A stretch of 64,000 bases of DNA from positions 484,846-548,845 of the forward strand of contig WELA01001939.1 in the NCBI GenBank assembly GCA_009602735.1, given 5' to 3'. Origin of the DNA: Mesotaenium endlicherianum (taxonomy: Eukaryota). The notes beneath the pieces were generated by a model. That model was not told the origin of the DNA. It worked only from the letters and a program-made list of their open reading frames with translations, and searched no databases. Numbering within the stretch: position 1 is the first letter of the stretch; each line of letters opens with the position of its first letter. Positions 35,317-47,254 of the stretch are shown one piece after another. The position numbers and the translations under genes are program-made.

Positions 35317-38300
35317 ACACACACACACACGGACGCACACACACGCACGCACGCACACACGCAACAACCATCTTCCACCCTCCTCTTCCCCCATCTTCCC
35401 GTCTATTGTCTGTACATTGTAGGTCCGAGAACCAATTACATGACCCTCCTTCACTCTTGGGTCTTCTCCCGCATCGTTTGCGATCGTTTCTTTGTATGTA
35501 CACTCCTTTCCCTTCTCTAAAAAGTACTCATATCTTAGGTATTTGGTGTTTTATTTCTGCGACGTCAATTCCATCCTAAGCACTGAATACTTACTTATGC
35601 ATACCTACATAATACTTGCATTTAATATTTTTGATGACACATGTGCTGCCTCCGAGGGCAGACATTTGAGGAGACCCTGGCGTTGCTGAAGGCAAGGTTC
35701 AAGCACGTCTTCTTCGTCCCGGGCAACCACGACCTCTGGTGCCGCCAGGTGGACGAGCCCTCAGACTCCCTTGCCAAGCTGGACGCCTTGCTGGCGTGCT
35801 GCCAGAGGCTGGGCGTCGAGACGGCCCCCAGGAAGGTGCAGGGCGTGTGGATCGTGCCGCTGCTGTCGTGGCACCACCAGGTGAGCCCGCCACCTGAGCC
35901 CACCACCTCAGTGTGCCAGCTCAGCACTCCACCTCAGCAATGTTGTCATCGTTGCTTCAACCAGTACACCGACCTGCCCTTCTTTCGCTCTGCACCTCAC
36001 CCCCCTCTCCCGCCTGCCTCATCTTCTCCTTAGGGGGCCTCCCTTGCCCTTGTTCTCAAAACTCGAGCATGCAATCATAGGCCACGTCCCTCCTCCTCCT
36101 CTGCTGCTGCTACTGCTACTGCTACTGCTGCTGCTGTTGCTGCTGTTGCTGCTGCTGTGGCTGCTGCTGATGCTGGAACTGCTGCTCTCTGCTGGTGAGC
36201 AGTTCAACATGCTCGAGATGGTTCTCCTTTTCGCTCTTCCTTTCTTGATTGTTTGTCTTGTCTCCTTAAAATCTCTGCTGCTATCACTCTCTGTTGCCAC
36301 CACCTGACTGCCGGTGAGCAGTCGAGCACCTTCGGAAGTTCTTTTTAAGAATTTTATCCCCTGAATGTTGGAGAGGGGGCTTTCTTCTTGCCATCCGTGT
36401 GCTTCCTTTTGGGAACCCCCCACCACGCGTCAGCACCTCTCTCTCTCAAGAGTCCTGTCCAGCGCGCCCTCTTGCACTCCTTCTGACACATGCCTGCACC
36501 TTGTGCATGTGCGTGTATGTGTGTGTGCGTGTGCGTGTGCGCGCGCGCGGGGTGGGGGGNATCCCCTCTTTGAAGCAGGTGTCCTCTCTCCCTCCCTTTC
36601 TGTCTCCCTCCTTTTCCCCCTCCCTGCCTCCCTCGTCTCCTCTCTCTCTCAATTGCACTTTCGCTCCTCTCTCAAAATTCCTCTCTGTCACACACACGCA
36701 CATGCACAGACACACGCACACAGACACGCTGACTCACACGCGCGTACGTATACACATTACACAAGCATGTATACATGCACTCAAAGAAGTTGCACTCACG
36801 CACTCACTCACATCCTGGAGGATACAATGGCTGGTCTCGGCGAAGGCACTCATTGCTGGCAGGAAAACAACGCATGGCAAGGGGGTCAAAGCATGAGAAA
36901 ACCCACTCTGCCGTCTTCTTCCCACCCCCTGACAATATTTCGGAATGTTTGAAAGAAATGCCTTTTTTTTAAGGGACCTCTCCCCCCGCCCTTTCTTCGG
37001 GCACCCGCGCTTCTCTAGCACTCTCTCTCTCTCTCCCTCTTCCTCTTCCTCCCTCTCCCTCGCTCTATGCCTGCCTGCAAGTGTGTGTGAACATGTGCAC
37101 GTGCGTGCGTCGGGGTGCGTCCATCTGCATGTGCGTGTGCGCGCATGCGTGAACGCGTGTGCAGGCTTGTGTGCGCCTGTGCGTGTGTGTGTGCATGTGC
37201 GCGTGTGTGTGCGCACGTGCGTGTCATGGTGCCTCCATTGCTGACACATGTTTGCTGTTACTCATGTAACTGGGTGCTGCCCTCACTAATAAATGCCTTC
37301 TGAAGTGACACTTGGCTTGCGTGCATGCATGCACCTGCATGAGTCTGACCTGGAGCCTGGCAGAGCTGTGTGTGCCCGTGCATGGTTGTCCGCATGCTAC
37401 ACGTTTGTGCATGACGCATGTGTGCGCGTATGCATTTTTGCGCGTGCGCATGTGCACGCTGCGTGTGCGCATCTTCACAAGCATAGAGATGCACATACGC
37501 GAATGAGCGAGCTGGTGCAGTGGGCGTGCTGGGATGTGGCGAGTCTGCGCAGGTGCGAGCCCGCGTGCGGGCTTGCGTGTGTGGTCATGTGTGCGTGTAC
37601 GTACGTGCGAGTGTATGCGTGCGTGCGTGCGTGCGTGCCCACGTGCATACGTGTGTGTACCCGTTTGTGCGTGCGTGCGTGCAGGCAGCAAGTGTGCGCG
37701 TGCATGCGTGCGTACTTGCCTGCGTGCAGGCATGCGTGTGCGTGCGTGCATAGCCTACGATGTGTGCGTGTGGGGCACACGTGCGTGCGCGCGTGCGTTT
37801 GCCGCGTGCTTACGTGCGTACGTGCGTACTGGGAGGCGTGCGTGCATATACTCACGGGGGACTACTTGTGTGCGTGCATGTGTGTGTGTGCGTGCGTGTG
37901 TGCGTGTGCCTGCGGGCTTGCAGGCGTGCATGGACTACAAGGTGTGCAAGTGGGAGGCCCCGCTGGGCAGCGAGGGTGACTCGCTCGCGCGCTTCTTCGA
38001 CGCCATGAACGACGCTGCCGTCGACGCCGACCTCATCCGCGCCGACGCCGACTGCCAAGTCATCTCCTTCTCGCACTTCTTGCCCAGGTGCGCGCTGCCG
38101 CCCAACACCACCCGGCGCAACCTGGTTAAGGATACCCACCACGCAACACCCCCCCCCCCCACCCAACAACCCCCCCAGGCCCCTGCCCCCCTCAGCACCC
38201 CTCTGCCCCCTCTCCCTTCGGGAGCCCTGCTTCTAGCGAGTGCGCACTTTTCCAAGAAAAAGGTTTTTGTGTGGACGCATGCACGTGTGGACGAGTGGAC

Positions 38301-40070
38301 ACGCGTGCTCGCCTCAGGGGAGACATGCGGGGGCAAGGCCCGCTTCTTGCTCCGTGGAGGGTACGTTCGCGGGCGTTCATCAGAGCTCCGGGCCGAGTTC
38401 AGGGCTCCTTGGGCGCTGCCTTGGGGCTGGAGTGGCGGATTGCTTCAGCTGGCATTATCCTCGTGTGTTGTCTTTTGGTTGATTGCGGGATGCCTCGTGC
38501 GGTTCTCTTGCTCCCCCTTCTTGCTCTCGCTCTCCCTTTTCTCTTTTCGCTCCCCCTTGAGTGCATGTTGCGAGCCACAAAGGAGCACAAGTGCACAGCA
38601 CCCCAAAAGGTGCCAAATGGCACGGAGCCGCACGCAGTTGCAGGAGGCTCTCGGTGGGACAGCTGGCGGTGCGGCGCACTGGCAGAACTCCCGTCACCCT
38701 CTTCGCCCTTTGACGAGCATCTGCTCTACAGGATGTTCTGTTCCCCTCTACTGTGGGCCCACATGACCCCCCCGCATGTAGCACCAGTTTTTCAGACCTG
38801 CCTGAGGGTCGAGCATGCGGACGTTTGGGCCTTCAACTGTGGTCCTCCTCCTCCTCCTCCTCCTCCTCCTCCTCCTCACTCCCTCCTCTTCCTCTTCCTC
38901 CTCCTCCTCTTCCTCCTCTTCCTCATATATATGTGTGTGTTCTGTCTGTGTATGGTGTCGTGAGCGCAGGATAGAGCTGTGCCCCGAGAAGCGCATGCTG
39001 TTCTATCCCAACCTGCCCAAGGTGGTGGGATCCAATTGGCTGGAGGCTCGGGTGCGCGCGCTGCACGGGCCACTTGGCAGCCCCTCCGCGTGCCACGTGT
39101 TTGGCCACACCCACTTCTCCTGGGACGCTGTGCTCGACGGCATCAGGTGAGCGGGCCCCCCTCCTCCATGCTGCGTCGATCAACCTTGTTGACTTTTTTT
39201 CCCCTTACCTATCTGATGACCAATGACGCGTGTGTGTTGCACACGAGGTGTGCAAAACGATGTGCTCTTGCCGCTCGCATCTGTGCCTTTGGGAGCTCCT
39301 GCGCTCGCGTGGTTCATTGTATGTTTGTGACTTTCGCCCCTGTGATTTCTTTTCTGTCTGCTAGTTGTGCGTTGATTTTATGCCTCTTCTCGTTTACGGT
39401 GCGCGGGGTACAACCCTCCTAGCCTGCCTCTGGCTTGTGAGTCCCTCTCGCCTGTGACGTGTGTGAAGCTTTCAGCTGACTTGTGACATCTGGCCATGGC
39501 CAGGGCCGTTCCGAGGCGGGGCCTGTGCAGCGTAGTGCGAGCTGATATGCTCATCGTATCGCACAGGGCTGTTGAGGGGGGCATCAGTTGGCTGCGGAGC
39601 TTCGCGCAGCTACTCTTATTACTCCACTGACATGCACCTTGCCTGCAGGCACGCTCCCTTTGCACCGCACTCGCGTTTCAAAGCAGTTCTCTTCTTTGAA
39701 TCCTTTGAAGCGAGCGTCTGCTTCTTGACCTTCCTGATTGTGTGCCCTATTTTTCAAATTAAAAAACAGCCTGGTGGATTCTCTTTGATGGTGAGATGGG
39801 GCTCGTGTTTGCGCTTATTGGAGCTGCAGGTACATACAGGCCCCTCTGGCATACCCCAAAGAGCGGAAGCGTAGGGTGAACGGGGGCGAAGACTGGCTGC
39901 CGCTGCTCTTGTACGATTCCTCAAAGGGAGGGCTCATTGCTGGCCCTCTCGACTGCCACTGGTCGAGTTATTACAGGAGCAACCCCAGAGACCCGAGCAA
40001 AACAACTTTTGCCCCATGGGTTGCCAAGGTGTACAAACCTCTAGTCCCATCTGGCAGTGGTACGGGATAA
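34744..40070 (+). CDS. Calcineurin-like metallophosphoesterase family protein (spliced; start uncertain)
   Basis: Exons <=34744-34929 (SDLH, AGD), 35662-35880 (GNHD), 37924-38087 (SHF), 38970-39146 (GHTH) and 39830-40070, with GT-AG junctions in consistent phase. The frame is open upstream to ~34000 without an ATG, so an upstream exon is possible. A small exon may be missing between 35880 and 37924. Confidence 0.88.
35233..35362. repeat. (CA)n microsatellite, intronic
   Basis: Long, nearly pure AC run. Confidence 0.95.
36101..36185. repeat. (CTG)n-type trinucleotide repeat, intronic
   Basis: Imperfect CTG/CTA/TTG run. Confidence 0.9.
38843..38924. repeat. (CCT)n repeat, intronic
   Basis: Pyrimidine-only CCT/CTT run just upstream of an acceptor site. 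Confidence 0.9.
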
Positions 40071-43000
40071 GATATTCATGAGATTTCACCAGGACAATGT
40101 GTTGGATTGACGTACCCTCTATTGCAAATATTGTGTACAGAGCATGTATAGTATGAAGTTGTTGATAGAAAAGCACAGTCCACAAGTTTGTTTTAGTTCA
40201 GCATTTAGGAATGTGAATCGTTAAGCAGTGTACATGTAGTAGTCAAGAATATGTTGGTCTAATCTTATCATAATAGCGTTACACACACTTCAGAGAATTG
40301 ACACTATTATGGTTCAGAAATGAACAGAATTTTAAGAAAATCTCTTGCACTTCCATTCTCATAAACTCGTGTTTACTTTCAAAGATCGAGCCATACCTTC
40401 GTATGATCCCAGATTACTATCAAATCACACGTGCCGCACGTCATCTACTCAGTTTAAACCTACAGAAACTAATATACAATCTTTTTCATGCTATGTAGTA
40501 GGAAAACAAGCTCAAGACTTGCCGCATTAGTATTGCAGGCAATCTTCTTCTTGTGCTGAGCACCATATTGTCAATAATGACCTGAACCTCACAGAGATTG
40601 AATGTGGATGCGGGCACAATGCATCACAAAACTGCCATCTTTGAGACGGCCAATATGTCACTGCCCAAGCGTGACAGGACCTCCACTGCGATGCACTTGC
40701 TTTTATTCTCCTTCTGCTTTGAGTATAGGCACCACCAGAGGGTGCATTTGTGCAATGTACACAATTGCCCACCTGGACATACACAGAAGCACCAGAATAA
40801 TGGACGGTGGGTCAGACAGTTCCTGAAAGAGCCACGAGCAGAAACTTCGCCGACTCACACTCAAGTACAGTGCAGATTCTCGTCATGACAATGCGATCAG
40901 CATGCAGCATCAATACTGCCCCAGGGGTACTGCTGATATATTGAGAAAGGGTTCAGTCGCTGGGCTAGCCCACAAGAAGCTTTCGTAGTTTGCACCCACA
41001 GTAGCCTTGAGAGAAACCAATCAGATAATAAAGCAGGCCCTCACACTAACCCGGTTTCAGCTTTGCTCATGACAACAAGCACGCTAGGTCCAACCCCCCA
41101 CAAAAGGACACCTCGCCAGCCACATATTGCACTCCAGGTGCGCATTCACACCTGCTTCCATACGAAGTTCCTCCTACCAGGCAAAGTGAAGAGGACAAGA
41201 ATCCCTGCCCTCCTATATGTGACCAGTGAACATGCAAGTACCTCCCCTCAAGGCTAGTTGGATGGAGCAATGAGAAGCATTCAACCAGAACCCCGCTACT
41301 GCTTACCAGCGGCAGAATTTGACTAAGTCGCATAACAGCCAATGGCCACATATCCACAAAATCTCTGACCTTCTAAACTTTTCCTAAAATTTGACAGGCA
41401 TTCCACCACTTCTCCACCTTTGTACACCTCACCCTTCATTACAAACCATCACTGCTCTACACGGTACAGGTGCTGAGCTATATGAACAACTCTAGGAGTC
41501 CATGTGCCAACAAAGTCCTATTCTTTCCGCTTTGATTTGTTACCTACACTAGCACACCATTCACACTGCTCCCAGTCTTCCTCGTCTCACCTTGACCACC
41601 CGCTTCCCCCACTTCTTTCCAGATTAATCAAAAGACACCCTACTGTTTCTTGTCAAGATGCAAAATTAATTCCCGTGTTGACCTTATGCATCTTGATGCA
41701 TCTTACCTCTCTTCTAGCACAATTGTAACTGAGTGTCCACTCTTCTGGCACCTACCAGTACTTGACTAGCTATACGCTACAGTGTGCTGTATGCAGCGAG
41801 ACATCCACTCGTCCCAGGTACATTCTTAGCTATACAGAGTTAGGCAGCACCTTTTCCCCAGACACACCCTCCAGCTCGTCAGGACTTTGAGGCCCATGCA
41901 GGGATCAGTATAAACGAGTTCATGCAGGAATCAGCAATAGCTTCAAACACGGCAATATTATCTGTTGGTCCTTTCAAACATACACATGCGAACAATCTGA
42001 GTCTACAAGTGACAACAAAACAGGGTGATAAATGATCCAGACAGACTGGAGCAGTTTGGCGTGGACCCCCACCTACTGGCCCATGGTCACCTACTGTTAG
42101 AATGGCTTATTTGAACACAATCAACTCATAATGACAGAAACTCACCTAGTCCCAATATTCCATGTCACGCATGGCCTCGCTACGAGTGCAATTCAAGAAC
42201 CATATGATGAAAGGACAAACACTGAAACTTGTTTGACTTAAAGGGAAAGGGGCTGTTCACTTACGTCAAATAGCAGCAGACTGTAGCGAGTATCACCAGC
42301 ATTGTGTGCAACCTGCATGGCAGTCAGAAGTAAGACGGTGTTTTAGCCCGAAAGCGTCCCCAAAGCTTGCAATTTCATAGCTTACGTCGAAACCTCTCCA
42401 GCTATGGGGTCATGACATGAAAGCCCGCCTCAAAACTCATGACACTGCAAAATATGTGCTTACGACGGTGAAGTGAGAAGAGGATGGGACGATGCAGAAG
42501 ACTAATGAGAAAGAAAAGATGTAGGCCACCCTCGAGCAATCTAAATGAACACTTACTTGGTCGTAGAGGGAGATCTTCTAAAACACGTTTTTACAGCAAG
42601 GATGCCTATTAGACCAAAGAGTATGAAAATAAGAGTAGTTACGATGAACCCCATCTTTAAGCTCAACAAAAGCTAACGCTTTTCACTGTCTGCAGCCCGT
42701 CCTGAAAACCTTACGTAACTAGAAGACTTAACAAAGCATCTTAAGGATCAATGGCATGCTGACTACATATATTGATCGAGAACATGGAAGTATATCAGAA
42801 CAGCACTTCGAGTCCTTATACTTTTTATCAGATTATGAAGATATAAAGGGCGTGGCCATAAGCTTACAAGGTCTTCCAAAAAGTACCTCCTCAACAATGC
42901 TATGTAATAAGACGTGACGACTCACGAGATGGACTGTGTACTCATGCCCATGCACGTTGATGCACGCCTCATCCATGCGAGGTTGGTGCACAAGCGAGTG

Positions 43001-43125
43001 CAAGCGAACTCCAGTCCAGACCAGTCCAGACCGACGACGTCAACGAACAAACGTTGTTGGTGCCTGCCGGCGAGGAGCAATCTGGGCAAACTGTAAAAAT
43101 CTGTTACCTTCTGTCCTAAATTCGC

Positions 43126-44157
43126 GGGTGAGTTATAAAACTACCCCTCCTAACTTTCATAATTACAAAATCTACCCATGTTTTCAAATTAATTACAAAA
43201 CTACCCCTCGCGCATGTAAATGTCTTCCACGTAGGCATCACACGTACAAATGACGTCCCACACGAGTTCGCAGGAGACCCCACCTGACACTCCCTTTTCT
43301 CTTTCGTTTGCAACTGGTTTCCAAAATCTGCCATAACCACACTTTTAACTGACCCATCATCACGAAACAAAGTGCCCAACGACGCCAAAAAATTGGTCCC
43401 TCTTATTTTTGCCTGCTGCCTGCGGCTTATCAGCTTGAAATAATTCCTAGCAAGGGCCGACGCATACGTCGAGCATGCCAAACATATCATTAACACAACA
43501 CATTATGCAATAACGGGAAGATAGTCTCTGCAACCTCACTGCGCAAGATACAAATATAGTACACTGACGCTTACTCTTACAAAGTTGCCTCCGAGACCTT
43601 CGCTTGCTTCTTGTGGTCTACCTTGCGACGCACTTCATTGGGTCATAAGACTTCGTGGTATGATGGAGGATTACCCACCTTGAAGAATAATTCAGAAATA
43701 ATTTCGACATTGAAGGGGATTATTCTAGTACCTAAAGTCGTACCCCGAGGACTAGTGGAGGCTTGCCTAACCCGCCGCCGTTGGGACTCAGCTATGGAGA
43801 TGACGAATCGTGTTGAAATTGGAGGCGCGGCGAAGAAATGTTGCGCACTTAAAAGAGTTTAATAAATGCAGAGAGCGAGGTAGCGAGAAGAGAGTGCGCC
43901 CAAAATTTGGCGTCCTTGGGCAGTGTGGACGTGAAGGTGGGTCAGTTAGAAAAGTGGTGGTTGAAGATTTTGGAAACAAGGGAGAAAAGGGAGTGTCAGG
44001 TGGGGTCTCGTGCGAACTCGTGTTGCACGTCATTTGTTCGTGTAAGTCCTACGTGGACGAGATTTACATGCGCGAGGGGTAGTTTTGTATTTAGTTTGAA
44101 AACAGGGGTAGATTTTGTAATTATGAAAGTTGGGAGGGGTAGTTTTGTAATTTGCCC
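43126..44157. mobile_element. Non-autonomous Mutator-like element (MULE) with long TIRs
   Basis: Perfect 9-bp TSD TAAATTCGC (43117-43125 and 44158-44166). Imperfect TIRs of roughly 280 bp, starting GGG and ending CCC. No transposase. Confidence 0.92.
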
Positions 44158-44938
44158 TAAATTCGCTGTTCAATCTGCTCGTGGTTGACTATTGACGATA
44201 TTTTTCTCATTGGGATAGTCGTCGGCAACCTGCTGGTAGACATCATCGGTCGTGGGTGGTCGAGGACAGTCCGTCTTTTTGGTCAACAACATAGAATTTG
44301 GCGGGTCCATGCCGAGACATACTACTGAAACTGAAGGCTAATCCGCCGTGCTCTATGCCCATGCAAGTTGGCCCAGGTAATATTAATATGCGCAGCTCTG
44401 ACTTCTTACAAAATGTATGATCCATATACACGCCTCCAATCGCATATAAACGTGACATTTGAAGAGCCTACCTCTATATGGTTGCTACGAACCGTGGTAA
44501 CCGACTAAAAAGGCTGTGCGAGCTGCCCGATTAAGAGTGAATACGGGCGTTCACTTGAAGTCACGCACAGCTTTCGGATTATGTCAAAATTTCAGCCTGA
44601 AAGAGTCGTGTGAATCCGCGTGCATGCGGATTGGTGCAAAGAACATGACTTCCGAAGTATCCATCCAAAGGAGTTCTGTCAGCTTGAACACGTCTACCCT
44701 GCCTCCAGAGCTGATCATGTGCAGGTAGTAAGTCGAAGCGGTCGATTTTGGCTATATATGAGCAATCAATTTGCAACCATATGTTGGGCGCTTCCCCGCT
44801 CAGTTGATCTAGCAGCCCCACATTAAGCTGACGACTGACAATTAAGTCCAAATTAAGGGTGTGAGAAATGTATAGATTCTTATGCAGCACGGCAAAATCA
44901 TGTCGCAGTGTCCCCTAGATTCTTAAGGTGTCGTGGAC

Positions 44939-47199
44939 ATGGCAAATCGGAAACTAAGCCGTGTGGCTGGCCTTGATGAGGCCATATTCAACCGGATGGC
45001 AGCAAGAAACATCCACACTGCTAAGGTGAGCAGCAAAACGCAGAGTATCAGATCAAAGATAAATTTCTAGCACTCAAAAGAGCTGCGGGAGTACATAGCG
45101 CTTAGCGTTACTCTGGGTCAGTGTCTCAGGGGCATCGTATTCACACTACGAGCGGCAAGTACGGGCGGACAATAGTATCGGCTCTTTCCATCACTTGTCG
45201 CCAACGCTGGTGAAGTGCAATGACGACCCCTTTCCTGCACTAAAGTGGGGCGTCATGCGGTTGCTGCTGGGCCTAGGAATATGCCTCACTCCCAGTGTCG
45301 AAGCACGGCCAAGTTGAGGATGAGATGGAATGTCTTATTGAGCAGTCTTATCAAGCAGTCTTATTAAGTTCTCGTGCAATCTTGACCCCCGGGATGTGCA
45401 TGAGCATCATGACCACCCCTGGGGCTTGCATGCAGGGAAACTCGTAGAGAGTGTACACGAGCGTGAAGACAGATACGAAACTGATTGAAAGTTTTACCAC
45501 ATGCCTTGCGCGCATGAGCATGTCAAAAATCTGGGACCATCAAGCCCATCAGTTTCAGTCCTTTTTTCCCAAATTCATTTATTTTCGACTTTTAGTATTC
45601 ATTTGAGAAAATGAGTGTGCCTGCAGGATGCTCTGAGCAGGACGGAGCTGGACCTGCAGGAGATCCTGGACGTCAGAATTGACGCCCTGGATCGCGCCAT
45701 GCTGGCCATCAGCTGCGCTGTCGCACCCCCCTGCCGCACTGTGAGTCGTAATTTTAGCAAATGGCGGCCCTCTGGCCCTCGTCGCCTTTGGGTGGGGTAG
45801 GACATGCTATCTCTCCTCCTTCCTGCAGCTGAATGAATCGGAGCCGCAGAGACACTCGGTCTGTGTGAAAAGCAGACCCGTGTTTCAGCATGCATGCATG
45901 TTTCTGTGTACGTGTGTATGCGTGTGCATGCGTGTGTGTGCATGACTGTGCATGCCTGTGTGTGTGTGTGTGTATGTGTGTGTGTGTGTGGATGGGTGGA
46001 TGGGTGGGTGGGTAATTACTTGCGTATGTGCACGCGCGCTCTCTCCTGTGTGTGCATGCTCCCGCGCATGTACATCCGCCCTCAGGCCTTGCTACGTGGT
46101 GCGCTCGATGCATGTTTCCGCATGGGCATCGTGGCATACTAAGCCCTTGCCACGTGGCACCACCTGGCACGCGCTTCTCGATCTCCGTGCAGGCCCTAGA
46201 TCTCCTCCAGGAGCGACTCGGGCCGCAGGATGGGACAGCTGGCAGCTACCTTGCCACGCATCTGCCGGCACTCGATGAGGCCCTCTATGGCGGAGTGCCA
46301 TGTGGCGCCATCACGGAGCTCGTGGGCCCCGCTGGCATCGGAAAAACTCAAGTGCGCTCGCTCGCTCCCTCGCTATTTTCCACCATGACTCTTCCAGCCA
46401 TCTCGCACGGAGCTGCTTCCCCCCGTGACAGTGCAAACCTGCCAAAAAACTCCAAGAAATCCTTGCAGACCAGTCACACGCATCAGATGGAGAGACATGG
46501 ACCAAGACTTTCCTTCAGAGAGCAGGCGTGGTAGGTGTTTAGGAAACAGAAAGTTTGAAGTTCCCAGACTCTGACCCAATCCGACATCTCCTGATTCTTT
46601 GTCTGTCTACGGAGGACCTGGGCTTCCCCTGCCGGCGACTTCAGGTGTGCGCATATGAGAGGGGGGGGGGATCGACGATGTCAGCACAGCAGACATGATG
46701 CACGCTACGGATGCAGGCAATTGCGTAGCCAAGAGTGTCCAGAGGGACATATATGCGGTGCACTTGTCATGGCACATGTATGTGTGAGCGTGCGCTGAGT
46801 GGACACGCGATGTGACGGATGCAGGCACTCGGCCGCATGCATTCCAGGAGAAGAGAAGACGAGAAAAGAAATGGCGTGCGTGTGGTACGCGTGCGTGCAT
46901 TTCACAAGCGAGCGCGGGAGTGCGAACGTGCGCCGTCAGTTACGTCGGGGCATCCCGGGTGGGCTCGGCTCATGTGCTCAGCGGGTGCACGGGTGCCATC
47001 TGTCACCCTGATGCATCCTGGGTGAGGGGGGGGGTTTCTTTGGNGAGGGTGGGCAAGCAGCTGTGCCTGATGCTGGCGCTCTTTGCCACCCTGGGGGAGG
47101 ACCAGGGGGGCCTTGCGGGATCTGTGATTTACATCGACACCGAGAGCAAGTTCAGCTCCCAGAGGTCTGCTGCCGCTGCTGCTGCTGCTGCTACTGCTG

Positions 47200-47254
<55 letters not shown>

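Noticed and set aside
40500..42400. Possible decayed LINE (a GRCQKSGH knuckle-like fragment on the minus strand near 41740)
   Set aside because: No endonuclease or RT motifs, poly-A tail or TSD could be identified.
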